Assembly (NCBI GenBank): GCA_965242865.1 | Contig: CBDETK010000013.1 | Span: 1,696,001 to 1,760,000 of the forward strand | DNA length: 64,000 nucleotides | Source: Candidatus Latescibacterota bacterium | GTDB lineage: Bacteria > Latescibacterota > UBA2968 > UBA8231 | Direction: 5' to 3' | In this document: positions 9,157 through 18,499 of the stretch, in pieces | Layout of the letters: each line of letters opens with the position of its first letter | Numbering within the stretch: the first letter of the stretch is position 1 | The notes under the pieces: generated by a model | Told to the model about the DNA's origin: nothing | Databases searched by the model: none | Seen by the model: only the letters and a program-made list of their open reading frames with translations | Translations under genes and position numbers: made by a program

Positions 9157-11244
9157 ATGTCGATCTCGACGAATGAGAAAAGGCCGTTCCGACCCGCCCC
9201 CTCCACCTTGCTCATCGTCGTCCTCGCCGGGCTGGGCACCGCCCACATCCTCGTCCGCACCGCCACCTACGGCGCGGCCATCGGCACGGACTCCACAATA
9301 TTCCTGTCCACGGCCCTGAACTTCCTCGCAGGAAAGGGTTGGCGAGATTTCACGGGCGGCCTGCCGGTGTCTTGGCCACCCTTGTTCCCCCTGCTGCTGG
9401 CGGCCTTGGGTTGGGTCGGCCTTGAGCCGCTGGCGGCGGGTCGGTGGATCAACGCTACCGCCTTTGGGCTGACCATCCTCGCCGCGGGGGGCTGGCTGCG
9501 CTCGCATCTCCGGTCGCAGTGGCTGGCAGTGGCCGCCACCGTGGCCATCGCGGCCTCCCTGCCCTTGAGCCATTTCGCGTCCGACTTCAGGACCGATTCC
9601 CTCTTCGTCCTATTCACGCTCCTCGCCTTGATCCAATTGGTGTCCTTCCTGTATCGCGGCGGGCGGACGCCCCTGCTGTGGGGCGCGGTTTGCACCGCAC
9701 TGGCCGCGCTGACCCGCTATCCGGGCGTGGTCCTGATCGGCGTCGGCGTCCTGCTGCTGCTGGTGCGTCGCGCTCCGCCGCTGGCCGCCCGGTTGAAAGA
9801 CGCCATCGTATTTGGGGCCGTCTCGTCCCTTCCCCTCGCGTTAGTGCTGACGCGCAACTGGGCGGTCTCTGGGAGCTGGACCGGGAGGATAGAGTATAGC
9901 GTGTCGGGACAGTCCCTATCCGATTCGCTGAACCAAGTGGCGGATGTATTCCGGGAATGGGTGATGCACCAGGACGCGCTGGACGGGTTGGGTTATCTCT
10001 TATGGACAGCGACCAGGCTAGGCACCCCGGACTGGTTCGGTGGTCTCCTGTGGGCGACGATCGGGTTGGTTGTTGTGGCCATGGCCATGGTTGTCGTTGT
10101 GTCTGGTCGCTGGGCGAGAAGGACGGAGGGGACGGAAGTAAGGGAAAGGATCGGCCAGCGTGCGCTGTCGGCTCTCTCATTCGGGGTGTTTGTCGTGGCG
10201 TACCTAGTATTCATGGTCGCTGTCGTGCCCTTCACGGTTGAGTTGGGCATCGACAGCCGCTATGTGCTGCCGGTATATGTCCCGCTGCTGTTGGTGGCGG
10301 TATTGTTGCTGGATCGGTTCCTGTCCATCAAGGCTGCGGGTCGGAGGGCCGCGGCCAAGTGGGGTCTGGCGGCCCTCGTCTTGCTGGCGGCCCTCGCCCA
10401 CACCGGCTTCTCGGCGCAAAAAAACCTCCGTCTTACTGCCCAAGCATTGGATACCGGATACCCGGACGACGAGGCTTACAACATCGCTGCTTGGCAACAC
10501 TCCGCGACCCTGAATTACATCCGAGACCACCTTAGCGATAGCATAACGTACAGCAACAACCATTACCTCGTCTGGTTTGCCGATCGGACCGCCGCCATCA
10601 GAACACATCGGCAGCTTCCTTTTGAGATACACCAGTGGACGCGGTTTGCGAGAAAGTGGAGCAAACGAGGCGAAGACGAAGTCTATATCGTCTGGATCAA
10701 AGACAGTCATCGATCGGTTTACTACGACTACAACGACCTTGACATTCGCCTCTTGCCCGGCGTGGAGGTGGTGGTCGAGTCGCCCGACAGCGTGGTACTC
10801 CGCGTAAGAGAGGCGGCGACCGAACCGTTTGATGCGGACCGGCATCGCGCCCGGAAACAACGCTACCAAGAACGCTACGTGGAGCAATGGCTCGCACAGG
10901 CGGGCGAGCGGGTGGTTCACGCCGGTTGGGACGTGTACCGCAACGGACGCAAGCTGACCTACTTCAAAAAGCCGTGCGTCCCCGCCGATGTGCAGGCGAA
11001 GTTCATTTTGCACGTCATTCCCGCCGACCCGGGCGTCCTGCCCATCGCCCGCCGGCGGTACGGCTTTGACAGCCGCGGCTTCCATTTCGACTGGCTCGAG
11101 CATACAGCGCGTGTGCTGGTCGCTGACCAGTGTATCGCGGTCGTCGAGCTGCCCGCCTACGCCATTGACCGCATCCGGGTCGGCCAGTGGATTGCCAACG
11201 GGAATCGCACCGTCTGGGACGCAGAGTTTTCGCCGGGCCGGTGA
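9157..11244 (+). CDS. ArnT/PMT-like (GT-C) membrane glycosyltransferase with soluble C-terminal domain, paralog 1
   Basis: DS..FL..A, WPPLFPLLLA, LAALTRYPG motifs; multiple TM segments; ATG 9157 chosen by alignment to paralog 2. Confidence 0.75.
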   Translation: MSISTNEKRPFRPAPSTLLIVVLAGLGTAHILVRTATYGAAIGTDSTIFLSTALNFLAGKGWRDFTGGLPVSWPPLFPLLLAALGWVGLEPLAAGRWINATAFGLTILAAGGWLRSHLRSQWLAVAATVAIAASLPLSHFASDFRTDSLFVLFTLLALIQLVSFLYRGGRTPLLWGAVCTALAALTRYPGVVLIGVGVLLLLVRRAPPLAARLKDAIVFGAVSSLPLALVLTRNWAVSGSWTGRIEYSVSGQSLSDSLNQVADVFREWVMHQDALDGLGYLLWTATRLGTPDWFGGLLWATIGLVVVAMAMVVVVSGRWARRTEGTEVRERIGQRALSALSFGVFVVAYLVFMVAVVPFTVELGIDSRYVLPVYVPLLLVAVLLLDRFLSIKAAGRRAAAKWGLAALVLLAALAHTGFSAQKNLRLTAQALDTGYPDDEAYNIAAWQHSATLNYIRDHLSDSITYSNNHYLVWFADRTAAIRTHRQLPFEIHQWTRFARKWSKRGEDEVYIVWIKDSHRSVYYDYNDLDIRLLPGVEVVVESPDSVVLRVREAATEPFDADRHRARKQRYQERYVEQWLAQAGERVVHAGWDVYRNGRKLTYFKKPCVPADVQAKFILHVIPADPGVLPIARRRYGFDSRGFHFDWLEHTARVLVADQCIAVVELPAYAIDRIRVGQWIANGNRTVWDAEFSPGR

Positions 11245-11251
11245 TTGAAAG

Positions 11252-13381
11252 ATGAAGTCCTCCGCATCCGAGTGGATCGCCCGGTTCGGGCGCGACCCCT
11301 TCGCGCTGCTCATCGTCGTCCTCGCCGGGCTGGGCACCGCGCACATCCTCGTCCGCACCGTCCCCTACGGTGCCGTAGTCAGCACGGACACCATACTTCA
11401 CCTGTCCACGGCCATGAACTTCCTTGCGGGAAAGGGCTGGCGGGAGTTCACGGGCTTCAGGGCGATAGAGTGGCCGCCCTTGTTTACCCTGCTGCTGGCG
11501 GCCTTCGGGTGGGTCGGCATCGAGCCGCTGGCCGCGGGTCGGTGGATCAACGCCACGGCCTTCGGGCTGACCATCCTCGTCGCGGGGAACTATCTGCGCT
11601 CGAATCTTAGGTCGCAGTGGCTGGCCTCGGCCGCCACCGTAGCCATCGCGGCCTCCCTGCCCTTGAGCGATCTCGCGTCGCGCCTCATGACCGAGCCCCT
11701 CTTCGTCTTATTCACGCTCCTCGCCTTGACTCAGTTGGCGTCCTTCCTCAACCGGAGGACGACCGCGCCTCTGTGGTGGGCGGCCGGTTTCACCGCACTC
11801 GCCGCGCTGACCCGCTATCTGGGCACGGTGCTGATCGGTGCTGGCGTCCTCATGCTGCTGGTGCGTCGCACTCCGCCGCTGGCCGCCCGGTTGAAAGACG
11901 CCATCGTATTTGGGGCTGTCGCGTCCCTTCCCCTCGCGTTAGTGCTGACGCGCAACTGGGCGGTCTTCGGGACCCTGACCGGGGCTGCGGCCTTGCCGTA
12001 CAGCGCAGTCGTCAGCAGGATCCACAACTGGGCTGTCTTGAGAACTCTGACCGGGGGGGGCAGGTCCCTGTCCGATTCGCTGAGCCAAGTGGCGGATGTA
12101 TTCCAGAAATGGGTGATGCCCCAGGACGCGCTGGACAGGGTTGATTATCTCTTGTGGACAGCGACCGGGCTGGGTACCCCGGACTGGTTCGGTTCTCTTA
12201 TATGGACGACGATCGGGCTGGTTGTTGTGGCGATGGCTGCGGCGGTCGTTGCGTCTGGTCGCTGGGGAGCAAGGGAAAGGATCGGCCGGCGTCCGCTGTC
12301 TTTTGGGTTGGGGCCGGCTCTCCCATTCGGGGGGTTTACCCTAGCCTACCTCCTATTCATGGTCGCTATCGTGCAGTTCGTGTCCGCCGTTCCGATCCTC
12401 GACCGTTACCTGCTGCCGGTGTATATGCCGCTGCTGTTAGCGGCGGCGTTGTTGCTAGACCGGTTCCTGTCCATTGAGGTTGCGGGTCGGGTGGCCGTGG
12501 CCAAGTGGGGTCTGGCGTCCCTCGTCCTGCTGGCGGCCCTCGCCCACCTTGGCTTCTCGGCGCAAAAAAACCTCCGCCTTACTGCCCAAGCATTGGATAC
12601 CGGATACCCAGACGACGGGGATTACAACGCCGCCTATTGGCAACACTCCGCGACCCTGAATTACATCCGGGACCACCTTAGTGATAGCATAACGTATAGC
12701 AACAACCATTTCCTCCTCTGGTTTGCGGATCGGACCGCCGCCATCAGAACACATCGGCAGCTTCCTTTTGAGCTCCGCTACTGGACGCGGCAGGCCAGAA
12801 AGTGGAGCAAACGAGGCGAAGACGAAGTCTATATCGTCTGGCTCAAAGACACCTATCGAACTGCGTATTTTGACTACAACGACCTCGACCTCCGCTTGCT
12901 GCCCGGCGTGGAGGTGGTGGTTGAGTGGTCCGACAGCGTGGTATTCCGCGTAAGGGTGGCGGCGACTGAACCGTTCGATGCGGACCGGCATCGCGCTCAG
13001 AAAGAACGCTACGTGGAGCAATGGCTCGCACAAGCGGGCGAGCGGGTGGTTCGCGCTGGCTGGGACGTGTACCGCAACGGGCGCAAGCTGACCTACTTCA
13101 AAAAGCCGTGCGTCCCCGCCGATGTGCAGGCGAAGTTCATTTTGCACGTCACCCCGGCCGACCCAGGCGTCTTGCCCATCGCCCGCCGGCGGTACGGCTT
13201 TGACAACCTCGGCTTCCATTTCGACTGGCTCCGCAGGCCGCACCGCATACAGGTGGCTGACCAGTGTATCGCGGTCGTCGAGCTGCCCGCCTACGCCATT
13301 GACCGCATCCGGGTCGGCCAGTGGATTGCCAATGGGAACCGCACCGTCTGGGACGCAGAGTTTTCGGTGGCCGGTGATTAA
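11252..13381 (+). CDS. ArnT/PMT-like (GT-C) membrane glycosyltransferase, paralog 2
   Basis: Colinear with 9157-11244, with long near-identical DNA stretches; WPPLFTLLLA, TEPLF, LAALTRY. Confidence 0.75.
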   Translation: MKSSASEWIARFGRDPFALLIVVLAGLGTAHILVRTVPYGAVVSTDTILHLSTAMNFLAGKGWREFTGFRAIEWPPLFTLLLAAFGWVGIEPLAAGRWINATAFGLTILVAGNYLRSNLRSQWLASAATVAIAASLPLSDLASRLMTEPLFVLFTLLALTQLASFLNRRTTAPLWWAAGFTALAALTRYLGTVLIGAGVLMLLVRRTPPLAARLKDAIVFGAVASLPLALVLTRNWAVFGTLTGAAALPYSAVVSRIHNWAVLRTLTGGGRSLSDSLSQVADVFQKWVMPQDALDRVDYLLWTATGLGTPDWFGSLIWTTIGLVVVAMAAAVVASGRWGARERIGRRPLSFGLGPALPFGGFTLAYLLFMVAIVQFVSAVPILDRYLLPVYMPLLLAAALLLDRFLSIEVAGRVAVAKWGLASLVLLAALAHLGFSAQKNLRLTAQALDTGYPDDGDYNAAYWQHSATLNYIRDHLSDSITYSNNHFLLWFADRTAAIRTHRQLPFELRYWTRQARKWSKRGEDEVYIVWLKDTYRTAYFDYNDLDLRLLPGVEVVVEWSDSVVFRVRVAATEPFDADRHRAQKERYVEQWLAQAGERVVRAGWDVYRNGRKLTYFKKPCVPADVQAKFILHVTPADPGVLPIARRRYGFDNLGFHFDWLRRPHRIQVADQCIAVVELPAYAIDRIRVGQWIANGNRTVWDAEFSVAGD

Positions 13382-13475
13382 AGCAGGGCGACGTGCGATG
13401 GCGTTCAAAATAGATCGTTGACAGTGCCCGTCTGACACTCTATACTGCCCGGCGATAATTCACCGCGGAAATCCC

Positions 13476-14495
13476 ATGATCATATCCCAAATCGTCGTCC
13501 ACCAGCCCGCCGGTCTGTTGCGCCTTCTGACCGATGGGGGACTAGAAGGTCGCTGTACCGGGGTTGCGGCCCCGGTCTCTGAGGCCGACGTGGCCGAAGC
13601 GGCCTCCATCCTCGTCAATGCGAATCCCGTGGATCGCGAACGGCTCTGGCTGGCGTTCAACCAAGTAGATGGAAGGGTGCCGGCTGCCCTGTGCGCCGGT
13701 ATCGACGTCGCATTGTGGGACCTGGCGGCGAGGGCGGCCGGCCAGCCGGTTCATCGGTATGTCAATGGCTTTCGCAATCGCATTCCGGTGTGCCGGCGGG
13801 GCGCGGAGCAACGCTCGGCGGAAGGAATCGTCGAGGAAGCGCGAGAAGCGCAGCGCGCCGGTTTTAGGGCGTACAAGTTCGACGCCCTTTTGGACGAAGC
13901 CGTGCTCGTTGAGCTAATACGCGATGTGCGCCGAGCCGTCGGGCCGGATTTCTGCCTGTTGTTCGACGGCCGGATGCGGTGGATCATTGACCAAGCGATC
14001 CGAATCGGCCGGGCGCTCGATGCCGCGGACTTCTTCTGTTTTGACCAGCCGCGTCCCGATGGCGATATGTCTGGCGGCCGGCAGGTCGCCTCCGCGCTGG
14101 ACACCCCGACGAGCATGGGCGTGTCCAGCCCCATGGCAGCGGCCCAAGTCATGGCAGCCCAAGCCGCCGACCACGTGCGCACCGGGGTAACCCGGGCCGG
14201 CGGCATGACGGATGTGCTCAAGTCCGCTCGCTGCGCCGAAGCCTTTGGGGCCTACTGCCATCTAGACGGGTTCGGGATCTGCGACGGTTTCGCCCATCTG
14301 CACATCGCGGGCACCAGCCGGAATACGCCCTTCTTAGAGGTGGGCGATGACCTATCCCCGACGCCGTTTATTGAGAATCCGCTACAGATCTGCGATGGGC
14401 ACATCGAGATTGCCGCTGCGCCGGGACTGGGCATGGAAATAAATCTCGACGCGGTCGAGGAGCACACTGCGGAACGGATTCAGATCGGAGGCTGA
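13476..14495 (+). CDS. Mandelate racemase/muconate lactonizing enzyme family protein (possibly degenerate active site)
   Basis: IDVALWDL, AGFRAYK, VRRAVG, PGLGMEIN motifs. Confidence 0.85.
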   Translation: MIISQIVVHQPAGLLRLLTDGGLEGRCTGVAAPVSEADVAEAASILVNANPVDRERLWLAFNQVDGRVPAALCAGIDVALWDLAARAAGQPVHRYVNGFRNRIPVCRRGAEQRSAEGIVEEAREAQRAGFRAYKFDALLDEAVLVELIRDVRRAVGPDFCLLFDGRMRWIIDQAIRIGRALDAADFFCFDQPRPDGDMSGGRQVASALDTPTSMGVSSPMAAAQVMAAQAADHVRTGVTRAGGMTDVLKSARCAEAFGAYCHLDGFGICDGFAHLHIAGTSRNTPFLEVGDDLSPTPFIENPLQICDGHIEIAAAPGLGMEINLDAVEEHTAERIQIGG

Positions 14496-14517
14496 CCGCT
14501 CGCCGGTTCAGGACGCC

Positions 14518-15705
14518 ATGCAAATTCGCGCTGTCAAGTGTTACTTGTTGAAAGGGGAACCCGCAACGCGGCAGGAAAGTTGCGGGGCGAGAGGAAGCAT
14601 CGCCCCGGTGCCGCCGGGCATCTCCGGGTTGCTTACCCACGACCAAGGATTCGGCGGCGCCGCTCCCGAAGGATTTGCGTTCTCCGGCACAGACCCCGAG
14701 CCAACCTACCGCCTGATGCTCCGGCTCGTGACCGATGGCGAGCTGGATGCGTACGCCGACTATGCTACGGGTTTTGATCCCCGGGAACTGGAATGGCAGG
14801 CCAAAGCGTTTTTGGCCCGATATGCCCACATGCTCATCGGCGTGGATGCCTTTGACCGGGAATACATCTGGCAGCGGTTTTGGATGGCCCAGCGGTTCAT
14901 GTACACGGGAAGGGCGCTGCTCGACGCGATTGACCGGATGTTGTGGGACTTGGCCAGTCGCTGTGCTCGTCTCCCGATCTACAAGCTGCTCGGGGCCAGC
15001 CGCGAAAGCGTCCCCGCCTACTGCAACGTCGGCGGCCGGACCATCGACGACTTGGTGGCCCATGCGGTCAAACGGGTGGAAGAAGAAGGATTCATCGGCT
15101 GCAAGGATCATTCGTACCGCGGCGTGAAAGGCAACGGGGAAATGGCCGTGAAAATGCGCGAGACGCTGGGCGACGATATCCTGCTCTTTCACGACCCGGT
15201 TGAGTCCTACACGTTTGAGGAAGCCGTGAAAATCGGCCGCATCTTGGAGAAGTGCTGTTACCGGTGGATCGAAGAGCCGCTGCAGGACTACGACATCATG
15301 GGGCTGAGAAAGCTGTGCGCCGCCCTCGACCTTCCGGTCTTGACCCTCGAGTGGATCGGGGCCATCGGCGGACAGCCCTACAATACGGCACCGTATTTGG
15401 CGTTGCAGGCCGCTGACATCGTCCGGCAGCGGGGCATCGGTATCACCGGCCAAGTCAAACAGGCCCAACTGGCCGAAAGTTTCGGCGTCGAGGTCCACGG
15501 CGGCGATCCCCATGTCATCCTATCCATTGGCAACGACCCGGTCTTTGAAGCCATGGGCGTCCAGCCGCGTCCGGCCGAGGAGGCCCTAGACTGCCGCGGT
15601 ACGCTCGTCGTCGAGGACGGCGTCATGTCGATCGCTTGGAGCGACCGCCCCGTAGTTGAGCCGGACTGGGACGAAGTGGCCCGGAGTGCCGTTGCCGTCA
15701 TTTGA
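14518..15705 (+). CDS. Mandelate racemase/muconate lactonizing enzyme family protein
   Basis: IDRMLWDL, PIYKLLG, CKDH, FHDP, WIEEP, LEW. Confidence 0.87.
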   Translation: MQIRAVKCYLLKGEPATRQESCGARGSIAPVPPGISGLLTHDQGFGGAAPEGFAFSGTDPEPTYRLMLRLVTDGELDAYADYATGFDPRELEWQAKAFLARYAHMLIGVDAFDREYIWQRFWMAQRFMYTGRALLDAIDRMLWDLASRCARLPIYKLLGASRESVPAYCNVGGRTIDDLVAHAVKRVEEEGFIGCKDHSYRGVKGNGEMAVKMRETLGDDILLFHDPVESYTFEEAVKIGRILEKCCYRWIEEPLQDYDIMGLRKLCAALDLPVLTLEWIGAIGGQPYNTAPYLALQAADIVRQRGIGITGQVKQAQLAESFGVEVHGGDPHVILSIGNDPVFEAMGVQPRPAEEALDCRGTLVVEDGVMSIAWSDRPVVEPDWDEVARSAVAVI

Positions 15706-15893
15706 CTGCCTACCCACGCCCTACTGACCTGCCTTTATACGTCGTTGAATCCGCGTTTACGCATCGGCCGCGGTGTGTTTGTTGCGCGGGAAGCGATTGT
15801 GTACCTTAGTCCAACCGCGAGCGATAAGCGCTAGAACAAGCACCTTATTTAGAGGCCCTAACAAATCGCTCTGCTCGCTCGCGCTGAGTTTGT

Positions 15894-15990
15894 TTCAAGA
15901 CTGGATTCCCGCTTTCGCGGGAATGACCCTTCTATGCAAAAACAGGGCCGATAAACATTCCATGCTTTCAAGTCATTTAGGGCTGCTATA
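15894..15990 (-). mobile_element. MITE-like element copy A (TATAG end plus ATTCCC-N8-GGGAAT hairpin)
   Basis: Reverse complement TATAGCAGCCCTAAATGACTTGAAAGCATGGAATGTT...GTCATTCCCGCGAAAGCGGGAATCCAGTCTTGAA matches copies at 24390, 27055 and 48375. Confidence 0.8.
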
Positions 15991-18133
15991 TCTGCGCGCC
16001 AAGGCTCTGGTGCTGATATTGTTAGCGGTCCAAGACCTAGGGGCCGAGCGGCGCACCATTGTCATGGGCGGCGAGGATGGGTTGGAGTGGGCTGGTGGCG
16101 GCGGCGCTATCGCGGCCTTGATCCAAACTGGGCCGACCGAGGTCGAGGCCAGCAATACCCCAGGCAATGTGCTCGAATTTGACGCGGCTGGCCGGCCGGG
16201 CTGGCTGGCGCCGCAGCGGGCGGATGAGACCGCCAATATCGCCTTGGGCCTGCTCGATCGCGGGGGTCGTCTCGGCGCGCCGACCATCTTGTCGCAGGTC
16301 ATAAAAGACCAGTTGATTTTTATGATTGACGACGATCCCACAACCGCCTTTGAGCGCAAGACCGCCCGGGGGGCGACCCAAGTCAACTCCTTGGGGGTGA
16401 TCATGGATTTCGACCTCGGCGCGCGGTTCGGGGTCGAGCGCATCCAGTTTTTTCCGCGCAACGCGCATCCCGATTTCCCCACCCCGGATTTTCCGTTCCA
16501 AAACGATTTTCTGCGGGGCTTTGAGCTGCTGCTCAACGACGGCCGCGAAGAAACGCAGGTGGCCAATCAGCCGGTGCTGACCACCGTTGAGCTGGAGCCG
16601 GAAAACCAAGAGCCGGTCGTCGAGCTGACCATCCCGCCGCAATACGTCCGCTACATCCGCTTGAAATCCCAGACCACCGTGGGGTTTGAGATCGCGGAAT
16701 TCCGCGTCTTTGGCTCCGGTTTTGTGCCCCGGGCCGATTATCTTTCCAACGTCTTTGATTTTGGCGAGGAATTGGCGCTGTGGGGGCGCATCCGCTGGGA
16801 AGAGCAGCCCTTTGGGGTCGAGCGTCTGTCGCGCTTGCTGATCAGCTCGCGCAGCGGCTGGGACGACACGCCGTTGGAATTTACCCGCCAACATCGCGGC
16901 GAGGACGTGCCGTGGCGAGCGGGAGCGGTCGCGGGCGATGCAGTTGATCTAGACGCCATGGCCGACGTCCAAGAGGCCCGCGACCTGTTCAACGCCCTGC
17001 CCATAGACGAGCGCAATCGGGTCGCCCTGACGCGGGACGAGTACGACGATTTGAAAAACGCGGACAAGGGCGACATCCGCGACGACCTCGTCGCGTGGAG
17101 CCGCTGGTCGCCGCCCTATAAGCTAACCGCCGAAGCTGTCGGCGTGCCTATTCTCTCGCCCGGCCCCCGCCGCTACTTCCAGTTGAAGGCCGAATTTGCC
17201 AGCGAGGATTTGGAATCGGCCCGGGCCTTGGGCCCCCTCGCCTTTACGGTGTCGAACCCGCCGCTGACCGAGCGGATCATCAGCGAGGTCGTCCCGCGCC
17301 AAGTCGAGCTGGGCGTCCCCGTGTCGTTCACGTATGCCGTCCTGCCGACCAAAATGCGCCGGGGCGTGGATTTGGGCTTTGACACGTTTGCGATCGCCAC
17401 GCCCGTGCGGGCCGAAGCGGTCGAAACTATCGAGGTAATCCACGCCGATGGCCGAGTGCAAGCGGCCGATTTCACGGGCGTCGCCCTGACCGACCTGCCC
17501 GTCCAAGACGCCAGCGGCCTCTTTGCTATAGAAGCGGCGACCGAGCGGCAATTGCGGGTGCGCTTTCCCGCCATTGTCGAAAGCGATTTGGCGGCCGGCC
17601 GAGCGGCCGTGGTCAAAATCCGCTTTGAGTGCCGCGTGCTGCGGTTTGGCACGACCTTTGCCGGCACCGCTTGGAACAGCGCGACCGACGACCTCGGCCA
17701 GCGGGTCATCGGCGGCAACGCAGCCGACTTGGGGGCCGCGGACGACGATTTAATCCCGCTGGGGGCCGCCGACCCCAACGACCTAGCGGTAAAGGTGCCG
17801 TTAGCGGGTAGCCGCCTGATGATCAACGTCGCGGCCCGACCGCGCCTGTTCACGCCCAACGGCGATGGGATCAACGACGAAACGCAAATCCACTGCGACT
17901 TGGTGCGGCTGGTCGATGCCGCGCCGCTCACGGTGCGCGTGTTCGATCTGGCCGGGCGGCTCGTCCGCACGCTCTTTGCCGGCGAGCGAGGCGGCGGGAG
18001 TTTTTCCGCGGCTTGGGACGGGGCGGACGCAGCGGGCCGCCGGGTGCCCCCGGGCATTTACCTCTTCCGCGTCCGGCTGGCCACCGATGCCAAAGAAGAA
18101 GCGGTCATGGGCGTCGTCGAAATGGTGTATTAA
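15962..18133 (+). CDS. Exported protein with C-terminal FlgD-Ig / T9SS type-B-CTD-like domain
   Basis: Signal-like RAKALVLILLAVQ; discoidin-like RYIRL..EIAEFRVFG; tail PRLFTPNGDGIND...VFDLAGRLVRTL...WDG.D..GRRVPPGIYL; start uncertain (ATG lies within the MITE). Confidence 0.8.
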   Translation: MLSSHLGLLYLRAKALVLILLAVQDLGAERRTIVMGGEDGLEWAGGGGAIAALIQTGPTEVEASNTPGNVLEFDAAGRPGWLAPQRADETANIALGLLDRGGRLGAPTILSQVIKDQLIFMIDDDPTTAFERKTARGATQVNSLGVIMDFDLGARFGVERIQFFPRNAHPDFPTPDFPFQNDFLRGFELLLNDGREETQVANQPVLTTVELEPENQEPVVELTIPPQYVRYIRLKSQTTVGFEIAEFRVFGSGFVPRADYLSNVFDFGEELALWGRIRWEEQPFGVERLSRLLISSRSGWDDTPLEFTRQHRGEDVPWRAGAVAGDAVDLDAMADVQEARDLFNALPIDERNRVALTRDEYDDLKNADKGDIRDDLVAWSRWSPPYKLTAEAVGVPILSPGPRRYFQLKAEFASEDLESARALGPLAFTVSNPPLTERIISEVVPRQVELGVPVSFTYAVLPTKMRRGVDLGFDTFAIATPVRAEAVETIEVIHADGRVQAADFTGVALTDLPVQDASGLFAIEAATERQLRVRFPAIVESDLAAGRAAVVKIRFECRVLRFGTTFAGTAWNSATDDLGQRVIGGNAADLGAADDDLIPLGAADPNDLAVKVPLAGSRLMINVAARPRLFTPNGDGINDETQIHCDLVRLVDAAPLTVRVFDLAGRLVRTLFAGERGGGSFSAAWDGADAAGRRVPPGIYLFRVRLATDAKEEAVMGVVEMVY

Positions 18134-18499
18134 ATGTCCACCTATCAAAACGCCAAGGCTGCGATCATCACCATCTTGGAGCTTTCGCACGACGCGATCC
18201 ACGTTCACCTCGGATTGATCGTGTTTTTTGCGGCCGTAGTCCTTTGGAAAAAAGGCTCGATTGAAGCGCGCTGCTTGATCCCGGTGGTCATTGCGGCCTC
18301 CTTGATGGAGGCTTTCGATCTGGGCGACGATTATACCTATCTGCATTACTTTCGCCAGACAGCCCTAGAGGCCAGTATCCACGATCTACTCAATACCCTG
18401 TTTTGGCCGGTGGTCATCGTCATACTGGCTCGGCTCGGCCAATGGAAGAACGATCGGAAGGAAGGCCTAGCGATGGAGGAATTTGATGGGCAAAACTAG
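18134..18499 (+). CDS. Small hypothetical membrane protein
   Basis: 121 aa, about 3 TM segments, DAIHVHLG and HDLLNTLFWP motifs; abuts the upstream stop. Confidence 0.7.
   Translation: MSTYQNAKAAIITILELSHDAIHVHLGLIVFFAAVVLWKKGSIEARCLIPVVIAASLMEAFDLGDDYTYLHYFRQTALEASIHDLLNTLFWPVVIVILARLGQWKNDRKEGLAMEEFDGQN

Noticed and set aside
12053-12060. G8 tract as a phase-variation site in GT-C paralog 2
   Set aside because: Short tract, in frame, plausible by chance in GC-rich DNA.
6637-15513. Long antisense ORFs (6637-7701, 8419-9573, 10204-11358, 12455-13438, 14368-15513) and similar ones elsewhere
   Set aside because: Shadow ORFs of GC-rich genes with no recognisable motifs.
15773-15961. N-terminal extension of the FlgD-tail protein
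   Set aside because: Translates intergenic and MITE DNA (WIPAFAGMT).
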